Source: Trichomonas gallinae (Eukaryota). From it: a stretch of DNA of 47,266 nt. Positions 20,311 to 30,900 of the stretch are shown in pieces. The stretch is from assembly GCA_008369845.1 (NCBI GenBank), contig MRSU01010316.1:1-47266 (forward strand), given 5' to 3'. Every line of letters begins with the position of its first letter. The stretch's first letter is position 1. Both the position numbers and the translations under genes were made by a program. Under the pieces are notes generated by a model, which was not told the origin of the DNA, ran no database searches, and saw nothing but the letters and a program-made list of their open reading frames with translations.

Positions 20311-20476
20311 TCAAATTTATTACTCTAATGAAGTTTCCTTATATGATATTACCTTGTTTATAAATATTTGTATTTTATATTTTATAATTATTTACTATTT
20401 GAGACTTCATATTTAATTTATCAGTTTTAATAGACATAATATATTAGTATATTAAGTCAGAAATCATAATTTCGGT

Positions 20477-22360
20477 TTGGCGGTACTTTGGGCTTTAGAA
20501 ATTTATTCTTGTGCATGGTTTGGATACCAATTTGTTACCAAATTCTTGCATAAGGAGATCGGTTTCTTCAGCCGAATGGCAATTGGATTCCCAATCGGAA
20601 TTTTATTATTCACATGGTTTATTTTTATTACATCATACTACATTCCGATGACACATTTACACGGATATATATCAATATTGTTGTTTGGCACACTTGGAAT
20701 GATATTTAAATGGCTAAATTGGAATCTTCAATTCAAATTACGACTAAGATACGATTATTTTCACAGATGGGCAGTAATATTATGCGGATTTTTCCTTATA
20801 TTCCTCGTTTATGCATCAATGTTGGCAGGTGACCGTTACACAAAAGGAGCTGCATATTCAGATCTACCATTTCACTTAAATATCATATCATCATTTGCAT
20901 ATGGACCAAATTATATACGTGAAGGCTTCTTTAAAGCTGACTCAACATTCTATCACGGTGCAAATCTCGCTTATCCATTAATGCCTGATTTCTTGGCTGC
21001 TGCTCTTATTACAACAGGTGATGCTTCAATGCAACAATCACTTTTCATACCATCAGGACTCATGATGTACTCAGTAATTTTATCGATTTACACAATCGCG
21101 AGACATTACACCAATGACAGCACAATTGGTATTCTTTCCATACTAATTTTCATGTGCTTAGGTGGTCTGTGCTTTATCATGTTCGCAGACCCAACTTGGG
21201 AACTTGGTGAAAAAGATTACGCTGATATGATCCACAACTGGCCAGGAGACATCGAAGCCTTCTGGTTCCACCCAATCATGCACTATTTAATACCACAGAG
21301 ATCAGCTTTGTTCGGTGTTCCTCTTTGCTACTGGAGTATTCACTTACTTATGCTAGGCGTGAAGTCTGAAAATTTCAAATTTTTCTTTTTCGCTGCTCTT
21401 CTAACTGGATTGACACCACAAGTCCAAGCGCATGCATACATGTCTATGGCACAGTGGTCCATCGCTTTCTGCATTACAATGTTCCCATTCAAGACCCCGC
21501 GCAAATATATTAAGTATTTTTTGCTGTGGGCAGTTTACGGAATATTCGCGAACGTTTTAGCTCTTCCACAGCTTCCGCCTTTCTTCCAGCGTGTCAAGAG
21601 CAGGAGAAATGTGTTCTTAAGCTTCGACCCTATCTATAAAATGCATGGTTTCTTCAAGACTTGGTGGTGGAGTCTCGGCGCTTTCGCTTTTTGCGCTTTA
21701 ATCGGCGGATTCGCTGAGGCAACGAAAGAGCAGATAATTCTTTACATTCCTTCCCTTATCGTCTTTGCCATTTCAAATCTCATCAAATACCAAGAATGGG
21801 AGTTGGACAACATCAAAGTTTTCTACAACGGATGGATCCCAATTGCTGTTCCTTTCGCAGCGCAATACATTTATAGTTTCCAGCGAAGAGTTTTGCACGG
21901 AATTCGTCCGACGCTGAATAATTTCATATATTACGGACTAATGTGTTTAGCTTTGACGAGCGGCATCTGCTGCCACATATTATATTTGGGCACACCTACC
22001 GAAATATTCACAGAGCAGCAGCTGAAATTCGGAAGATGGGTCGCTGAAAACACAGGACCATATGATTACTTTATCGGCGATCAATCAACTGATCAACCTG
22101 TTTGCACACTTGGCGGACGCCCTGTTGTAGTTGGATATCCGGGATGGATAGAGTCCCACGGCTTAGATTTGAACGTCAAACAAAATTTGGTGTATGATTT
22201 AATGCATCATCCTGAAAAAGCAGAAAAATTCGACAAAGAAGGAATTAAATATGTTTATATGAGCGGAACAAGTGAAGTAGACTTTGATCCAGATCAAGAC
22301 TCTAATGTCTGGCAGATTGTTTATGAAGATATTAACATTACATTGTACAAAAGAATATAA
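20477..22360 (+). CDS. Polytopic membrane protein, GT-C-fold glycosyltransferase-like; start uncertain (TTG 20477 or ATG 20576)
   Basis: About a dozen hydrophobic segments, a luminal-loop motif YSDLPFH...YP..PD, then PQRS and WELDNIK, and a soluble C-terminal domain (GRPVVVGYPGW..SHG, IKYVY). Confidence 0.72.
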   Translation: MAVLWALEIYSCAWFGYQFVTKFLHKEIGFFSRMAIGFPIGILLFTWFIFITSYYIPMTHLHGYISILLFGTLGMIFKWLNWNLQFKLRLRYDYFHRWAVILCGFFLIFLVYASMLAGDRYTKGAAYSDLPFHLNIISSFAYGPNYIREGFFKADSTFYHGANLAYPLMPDFLAAALITTGDASMQQSLFIPSGLMMYSVILSIYTIARHYTNDSTIGILSILIFMCLGGLCFIMFADPTWELGEKDYADMIHNWPGDIEAFWFHPIMHYLIPQRSALFGVPLCYWSIHLLMLGVKSENFKFFFFAALLTGLTPQVQAHAYMSMAQWSIAFCITMFPFKTPRKYIKYFLLWAVYGIFANVLALPQLPPFFQRVKSRRNVFLSFDPIYKMHGFFKTWWWSLGAFAFCALIGGFAEATKEQIILYIPSLIVFAISNLIKYQEWELDNIKVFYNGWIPIAVPFAAQYIYSFQRRVLHGIRPTLNNFIYYGLMCLALTSGICCHILYLGTPTEIFTEQQLKFGRWVAENTGPYDYFIGDQSTDQPVCTLGGRPVVVGYPGWIESHGLDLNVKQNLVYDLMHHPEKAEKFDKEGIKYVYMSGTSEVDFDPDQDSNVWQIVYEDINITLYKRI

Positions 22361-22929
22361 AAAATATAGTTGTGTTTTTTTAAAAAATTATTTTGATTTT
22401 CCATATATATACACTAAATAACATATAAATATTGATTTTTTAAGAATTAAAATCTTGTCACTTTTTAAATAAGTCGGCTATATACACATAAATGACAGAG
22501 TATTTTAAATATCCAAATTTTTATGATTTGTCAAATGGCACTTTTATCCGTCAATTTTAATTTGCCATTTTTTTCGTTTGATAGTTAATTTTACATGTTA
22601 GTGTCAAAGATATCAACATTAAACTCACTTAATAATTATAATTTTATAGTATTGTTGTCGAAATAATGATTGGAAAAGAAAATTTGATTAATAATTTATC
22701 AAAATAATGATATTTGAATAGTATTTATTTAATATAATTGTTGACAAGGATATATATGTATAAAATATGGTGTTAAAATTGATTTTGGCTGAAAAATGAA
22801 AAATTTCAAATCCAAATTTGTCAACTTTATGATGATTTTAGCAATTTTTCACAAAATATTTGGAACACACAGCACCGTTCAAATAACGAAGATTTCGACC
22901 ACAATAAATTTTTTTTTTGCATAAAAAAA

Positions 22930-23814
22930 ATGGGAGAAGAATGTCCTTTAATTTTAAAGCCAACATATGTTTATAATCCTACAAATCATTGGTTCCAGTG
23001 CAACGTTTCGTACGAGGAGCAGCAATTTCCTATAAAATGCCTTCCACCGAGAAGTTGCAGGAATTTTCCACCGACTTTTTTATCACCTTCTATCAAATCG
23101 TTCAGCCAGCTGCCTCCGGGTGGCCTATCAAAGATGAAAAGTAGCTCGTCTATTGAAAAAATCAATGAATACGTTTTGAGCTTAAATCTAATTTCAACAT
23201 TTGAAGGCTCAATTATATTCGTCAAAGAACCATACATGATTACGGCTAATATTTCCATTAAGGGAGAATTGCTTGTCGGCTGGTTTCAACAAAATTCGAA
23301 TCTATTTTTCATGAAAGGAATAATTAACGCGAAAACTCATGAGGTAAGAATGAGCATTTACGGATCCTCAGAGGGTGTATACAAGAATGTCTTAGGAAAA
23401 ATTGTAATTAACGACGGGAAAGTAAATATTTATGCATCTCTTGGCAAATTCACGTTATCATTAAATGCATCAGTAGATAAATCGTTAAAGCCTGTAGAAG
23501 AGCCGTCTTTGTGCGGAAATTATATGGGCTTCAAAGAATCCGAAACGCAAGACCAGGAGGACCTGTATTTGACTATTACGTCTACAACAGATGGCTTTGT
23601 TCATGCTGATGTTGTTGATGGAAACAAAAATAAATTTGCACTCATCGGTTGTCGTAGTACAACAGATAATGTAGCGTTTTTATTGACAGAATCTGATTGT
23701 AATCTACAATTTTTCGGCGAAATAACGGGAAATAACAATGATTTGACAATTGTTGGAACTTGGAAAGAAAATAAGCAAGTAGGTTCTTTCTCATTCCTTA
23801 AGTCCCAAAACTAG
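22930..23814 (+). CDS. Hypothetical beta-rich protein
   Basis: 294-aa ORF with ATG in AAAAAAAATG context. Alternating hydrophobic pattern with Gly; ends F.G.I......I.GTW......G.F.F. Confidence 0.75.
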   Translation: MGEECPLILKPTYVYNPTNHWFQCNVSYEEQQFPIKCLPPRSCRNFPPTFLSPSIKSFSQLPPGGLSKMKSSSSIEKINEYVLSLNLISTFEGSIIFVKEPYMITANISIKGELLVGWFQQNSNLFFMKGIINAKTHEVRMSIYGSSEGVYKNVLGKIVINDGKVNIYASLGKFTLSLNASVDKSLKPVEEPSLCGNYMGFKESETQDQEDLYLTITSTTDGFVHADVVDGNKNKFALIGCRSTTDNVAFLLTESDCNLQFFGEITGNNNDLTIVGTWKENKQVGSFSFLKSQN

Positions 23815-24088
23815 TACAAAATCTAAGATATTTTGAAAATATCAAATTTGATTTACTAGTAAATGCGGAAAATCGATGTGTAATTTAATTTGTATGTAAT
23901 AAAACTTTCTCATGTTGAATTTGTGTTCTTCTTTTTGAATAAAATATTTCCAATAAATCAAAAATATTCTAAACTGTAATAAATTTGTTATCGATTTCGA
24001 GCAAACATACAAATTCGCTTAATGATTCAACGATTTTTGTCGATTTGATATCAAAATCTATTTCAATTTCTAAACATGATCAATTACT

Positions 24089-24496
24089 CTAAATCAGGAT
24101 GGAATTCACTTTTTCTCGTATAAAGTTATTCCTTTCTTGGTAATAATTTTGAAGTTGTACTAATTTTTTGAATCTAATCTTAACAATAGCATCATACAAC
24201 TGCGAATCTTGCAAATATTTTGTATTTGTCCTTACCATCTTTTCTGGATCTTCCCATTTTTCTTTGAGATTTCTTGACATGAGTTTTGCCTTCTTTTTAC
24301 GTTCTGTTGCCCAGTACTCCATCTTTGGCAAAATAATCTTTAACGCGTTTTGGTAAGATGTCAACAGTTCGTCATATGTTTTTAATTTATTACGAATCGA
24401 CTCTTCTAATTTTTCTGTTTCTCTCGAAATCGACTCATACTTGGCAAGCTCATCATCAATACTCTGTTGCAGTTCAGGAGAAATTTCTTCGCTCAT
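24089..24496 (-). CDS. Small coiled-coil hypothetical protein (start at 24496 MSEEI preferred; alternative 24550)
   Basis: K/E/L-rich helical ORF, arranged head-to-head with the dynein gene. Confidence 0.65.
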   Translation of the reverse strand: MSEEISPELQQSIDDELAKYESISRETEKLEESIRNKLKTYDELLTSYQNALKIILPKMEYWATERKKKAKLMSRNLKEKWEDPEKMVRTNTKYLQDSQLYDAIVKIRFKKLVQLQNYYQERNNFIREKVNSILI

Positions 24497-24943
24497 TATA
24501 AACCGCTTCGAGGAAATTAATTTAAAACTCCCAAAGTCTTCATTCTTCATTTTTTTGCAATTCTAAATCGTTAAAAATATTCTTTATCTATTATAATACA
24601 AAAATCATTATTTAAATTTAATTATTGAATTAAAAAATATCTTAAAAATCAAATCTCATCATAAATTTATGTTACTTTTATTGTAATATTCATCAAATTG
24701 TAAGAATTTACTAATATAATTTTTAAATAGAAAATCATAATTTAATTACAAATTTCGGTTTAATAGTCAAAAATAATGAAAAATCAAAATTTGAATTAAA
24801 AAATTATCATTTTTTCGATAATTTTCTGTGTAAAAAGTGAAATATATGCAAAAATACATCGAACGAATGAGAAAAAGGAGTCACAATAAAAGTTTGTAAA
24901 GTTGTCAATTTTTCGAAAAAAACGTATAATAATTTTGCAGGGA

Positions 24944-27900
24944 ATGGCTGATAATTCTAAAGCCAATAACCTGAAAAACAGATTAATTCCAAATCAGTCA
25001 GCACATATTCAGAAAGTTACCTTTGAGACATCTATCCATGGAGGAAGATCGATGTCTCGCTCTAGCAAATTAAAAAATAAAAATCCTACGCTCGAGCCTT
25101 TAAAGAATGATCAAGCGATCAAACCGCAGTACGCGAGAGAACAAGGCGAAACACTTGCTTCTTTAACCTCTCCGTTCCAGTTTGTCGAATACGCGCGCAA
25201 AAATAATCTCGACGGCGATTTTGTTTACTTAGAACCACAAAATATCGAAGAGGATGAGAACAATCCAACACGCTTGCGCATTGTTCCTCCTTCTAAGATC
25301 AACAAGAACGACTTTTGGACAATTTCACTCGCAGGATTGAGTCATGTTAAAAATTCAGTTGTAGATTTCATCCCACTCGAGGACTGGCTCCGCTCTTGCG
25401 AGCTTTTCAAGAAGATCATGAAGATTCCATTTTTCAAACATTATCATCAATGGAAAAACTTCACTGCTTGGAAGCGATCAGTCCTCCGCAACGAAATGAA
25501 TACGTCAATGTCGGCATTACGCGATCATTACTTCTTAGTTCACCCGATTTTACGTCCATCGTTCTTCCAAATCCAGAAAGAAATCCAATCTCTACATCAA
25601 ATCAAGCTATTTAGCTTCAGAGGAAACAGCCTTTACACTCTCGAAGAGTTTCAGCATCAATCTGATCATTATTTAGCTGAAATTACAGAAAAATTAAACG
25701 GATTTATTGAAAGAGTTACGGAAATGGTTCAGGTAGCTTGTGACAAGACCATGAACACGTTAAGCAGTCTAACTGTTACTGATGGATCTGTCCAGACCTC
25801 GCCACTTGACCATTTGCTGTCTCAGTACGAAAAGGCGGCTCACCGTGGTGTCACAAACGCATTTGATAGCGGTCCATCATTAACATTTACACAGCGCGCT
25901 GCAAATAGAACAATGTGCGGAAAACTCGTCAAATTCATCAAATTAGTCGATGCATGCATAGTATCTGCCTTAAGGACAGTCTGCTTCAACTCATTCATCG
26001 AGTTTTACTGCATTATCAGCAGCCTTCACAAAAGATCTCTCAAATTACTTAACTCAGAAGAGATGAAACCACTCCCAGAACTCATCCTCCCAAGCGAGTT
26101 CTCACGTGTTTTCCCTTCCATCAACCAGAAGGCAACAGAATTCTTCGAAACTCCAGTTTTCTCAGTCAACATCAACTTGGCGAAAGGAGTTGTATGGACA
26201 CCAAACGAAAGCACGGTTTTGGGCATCATAGACACAATCAGGAAGGACTGCTGCCAGGTTCTCTACAACGTTCCGAGATTAATCCTCAATCCAGCTTTCA
26301 GACAGTACATCTCTCCAGATGGCGCAAACGATAGAAACAAGAGCGACAAAATTCCAGCTCCTGATCTCAAAGCCATCATCGAGAGCGACAAAGTCTTCAC
26401 CGACATCATTGACCACCAGAATAACGTCATCAGGGAAGCGTTCAAGTCCCTTCAGGTCTTCTCGGCAGATTTCAAGGAGGCCATCCAAATCTTCGAGACA
26501 AACGAAAAGTTCAACGCAAACTCTTACCTCGAAAACGGCATCTCTCCACCAGAACTCGCTGAAGCAATCAAGAAGTACAACCGCGAAATCGAGTACCTCG
26601 CTACAATCCACGAGAAGAGCGAAGTTGGTTTGTTCTCATGCTTCGCGAAGGAGATGAAGTCAAGATTCCAGCGTTCACCAGTCGAATGCCTCAACCAGAT
26701 CAAGATCACTTTGCCACTCATCACCCGCAAGCTTCTCTCAGAGTTCTCAGACAAGATCAGGACAGCTCACACGAAGTTATTCGCTCCAATCGACGACGTT
26801 TCTTCATACGTCAACTATCTCAGCGCCTCTGAGCAGTACTTGAACGAAGGCGACGACTTCCAGCACAGAGCAGACGCCATCAGAGACTTCTACGCAATCG
26901 CAAACGATATTAATGTCAATATTACACTCGATGAACAGACTGAGTACCAGTCTTTGTTGCCAGTCTTCGACGAAGTCAAGCGCGCGCTCAGCCTCGCCGG
27001 AGAAACGAAGCAGACACTCATGCCGAAGTTCACACAACAGCTCGAAAAGCTCATCGCACAGTTGCACTCGAATGTTTTGGATGTTGCTCAGTTCTCTCTC
27101 GACAAGAGGCTCGGCGATCCTAAGACGACGATCGATGAAGCGAACGACTTCCTTAAGGATGTCTGCGCTCGTCTTGATGTCGTCAAGACTGCTTCAGATG
27201 ACTACCATAGATACCAGAAGGCTATGAACATCCCAGTCACAAGATTCGAGGATGTCGAAGAGCTCACAAAAGAAATCACACTCAAGAAACTTCTCTGGGA
27301 CACGAAGCAGAAGTGGAAGCAGCTCACAGAGGAGTGGTCGAACAAGCCTTTCGCCACAATCAATCCGGCATCTATGGCCGAAATCATCCAGGAATATCAG
27401 CTCAACGTCACCAAGGTTGTCAAAGGTTTGCCAGGCAACGTCGTTGCTGCTGAGCTTAAGGTTTCCATCACAGACTATGCTACATTGCTTCCTGTTGTCA
27501 CAGACCTCAAGAACCCAGCTCTCAAGAAGAGGTTCTTGGAGCAGATCACACAGTTACTCGGCTGCAACATTTTCGGCGACGAGCAGTTCAAGTTCGGAAA
27601 ACTCTTCGAACTCAGAGCATTCAACTATGTCGAACAAATCAGCGCAATCAGCTCTCAGGCTACCAACGAACAGGCACTTCACGACATGCTTCAGAACGTC
27701 CAGAAGATGGTCAACAAGCTCGTCTTCATCATGACACAGTCGAAGCAGAACAGCCACGCATACATATTCGGCGGTTTCGACGACATTTTGACTCAGCTCG
27801 ATGAAGCACAATCAATCGTTTCGACAGTCAGATCATCCAGATACATCGCGGCATTGAGAACACAGGCCGATGAGTGGGCCAGACAGCTTAGATTGTTCAG

Positions 27901-30900
27901 CCAGACACTCGATGCACTCATGACGTGCCAGAGAGGCTATGTCTATCTTTCAAACGTTTTCTCTACAAGTGATATCCAAAGACAGCTCCCACAGGAAGCA
28001 ACATCATTCTACCAAGTCGAAAAGATGTGGCTGCAGATGTCTAAGGATGCACACGAAAATGATCCATCTGCATTCAAGTTCTGCACAAACCAGAAGATTC
28101 AGACAGACTTAGACAACGCGAACAAGTCTTTGGAACAGATCCAGAAGGCTTTGGAGAACTTTTTGGAGACAAAGAGAATCGCATTCCCAAGATTCTACTT
28201 CTTGTCAAACGACGACTTGCTCGACATTCTCGCCAAGTCAAAGAACCCAGAGGCAGTTCAGCCGCACCTCAGAAAGATCTTCGAAGGCATCTACAAGCTC
28301 GAAATCACGAACACAGACGGCTTCCAGACAGCTGTCGCCCTCATATCCGCAGAAGGAGAATCTGTTCCACTCAGGACAGGAGGTGTCAAGCTACAAGGTG
28401 CCGTTGAAGCATGGCTCGGCGCTGTCGAAGAAAATGCACAGCGCGCGCTCAGAATGCACACAAAGAACGCTCTTCACTCATATGCAGAATCAGTCAGAGA
28501 AGACTGGATTCCTCAGCAACCAGGTCAGATCGTTCTTTCCGTCACACAGATCGACTGGTGCGAGAGAGTCGAAGCAGCTTTGCAGTCAGGAAATCCAGAG
28601 GAAGGCCTCATCGAAGTCAACAAGGAAACAGAAGAGAATCTTGCAACACTCGCTAAATTCGTCAGACTCGATTTATCAGATCTCGAAAGAACAAAGATTT
28701 CCGCTCTCATTACAATGGATGTACACAGCCGCGATATCATCTCAGACATGATCAAGATGAAGGTTTCAAACATCAATGACTTCGAGTGGTTCAAGCGCCT
28801 GAAATATTACTGGGACGAAGTCAACAAGGAAGTCGTCGTCCACCAGACAAACACATCATTCAGATACGGCTACGAATACCTCGGATGCACACCACGTCTC
28901 GTTATCACACCACTTACAGATCGCTGCTACTTGACATTGACTGGTGCCCTTCATCTTCATCTCGGTGGTTCTCCAGCCGGTCCAGCAGGTACAGGTAAGA
29001 CAGAAACAGTCAAAGATCTTGCCAAGGCTCTTGCCATTTTCTGCGTCGTCTTCAACTGCTCTGATACAGTCACTGTCTTCCAGATGTCCACATTCTTTAG
29101 AGGACTCGCACAGGCTGGTGCTTGGTCCTGCTTCGATGAATTCAACCGTATCAACATCGAAGTTCTTTCTGTTATTGCTGAACAGTTCAACTGCATCAGG
29201 CTCGCTCTCTGCGCTGAGCAGAAGAGATTCGATTTCGAGGGCTTGAACATCGCTTTGAATCCAAGAGTCGGCTGCTTCATCACAATGAACCCAGGTTACG
29301 CTGGCCGTACAGAGCTTCCAGATAACCTCAAGGCTTTGTTCAGACCAGTTTCTATGATGATTCCTGATTACACACTCATTGCAGAAATCATGCTTTACTC
29401 TCAAGGTTTCCAGGAGGCTAAGCGTCTCTCACAGAAGATGACTAAGCTCTACAAGCTTTCATCTGAAATGCTTTCACAGCAGGATCACTACGATTTCGGT
29501 ATGCGTGCTCTCAAGTCTGTCCTCGTCATGGCTGGCTCTTTGAAGAGGTCCAACCCAGACGTCTCAGAAGATTTGACTCTCATCAGAGCCATGAGAGACT
29601 CCAACCTCGCCAAATTCCTCAACGAAGATATTCCGCTGTTCAACGGTATTGTCTCTGACTTGTTCCCAGGCATCGAAATCGTCGACAAGATGGAAGATTA
29701 CCTCACGAAGGCCATCAAGGAGACAACAGAAGGAATGGGCCTCCAGGCGACAGATTTCGTCATTTCCAAAGTTGCTCAGCTCCATGATGCTATGAGATTC
29801 AGACACGGTGTCATGCTCGTCGGCCCAACGTGCGGTGGTAAATCAACAGTCATGCAGATCTTGGAGAAGACAAACACAATGCTCAGCGAAACACTTACAG
29901 ACTACAACCCAGTCAAGCACTACATCATGAATCCAAAGTCTCTGACAATGTTCGAACTTTATGGTGAGCAAGACATGGACACACAGGAATGGAGAGATGG
30001 ATTGATTGCGATAATCTTCAACGAGTGCGTCGAGAAGACAGAGAAAGAAGAGCAGTGGATTGTTTTCGATGGCCCAGTCGATGCTCTTTGGATCGAAAAC
30101 ATGAACACTGTTCTCGATGATAACAAGCTTCTTTCACTCGCCAACTCAAAGCGTATCAAGATGACACCATACATGCATCTTCTCTTCGAAGTTCAAGATC
30201 TCGCTGTCGCTTCTCCAGCTACAGTTTCTCGTTGCGCCATGGTTTACGTCGACCCAGAAGGCCTCGGATGGAAGCCATTCTGCGACACAGCAATCGAGCA
30301 GAGAATCAAGCCACTTCTTCTCAAGAACGAAATCCACGTCCAGAGATTCAGAGAATTGCTCAATGCTTGCGTTGACCCAGCATTCGCATTCCTCAAGGAG
30401 AACTGCAAATTAGGAAACAAGTGGGTCCCAATGAACTTGATTTTCTCACTCTTCAACTTGTTCGAGTGTTTGATTACAGAAGCAGTCGACAAGAAGGAAA
30501 TCAAGCTCGATCCAATTGAATCAGATCCAGAAATCATCAGAGTCTTAAGCTCATTCTTCGTCTTCTCATTTGTCTGGTCATTCGGTGGTCACGTCGCTGC
30601 AGCACAGCGTCTTCAGTTCGACACTTGCGCAAGAGACATTTTCGTTTCGATGACTCCGCTTCCTTCACGCGGCACTTTGTTCGACTACAACTACAAATGC
30701 ACATCAAGAGAGTGGGTTCCATGGTCAGAGCTTCTCCCAGTCTTCGAATACGGAGCTCCTAAGAAGGGCGAAGACGATGAAGATGAAGAAGACGACAAGA
30801 AGGGTGGCAAAGTCAAATTCCACTCACTTCTCGTCCCAACAGTTGATACAACGAGGTTCTCTTATATCATCAAACTGCTCATCAAGTATAACCACTGCGT

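Noticed and set aside
24924..24940. GTATAAT...TTTTGCAG mini-intron-like string before the dynein ATG
   Set aside because: Only 17 nt, with no CTAAC branch motif.
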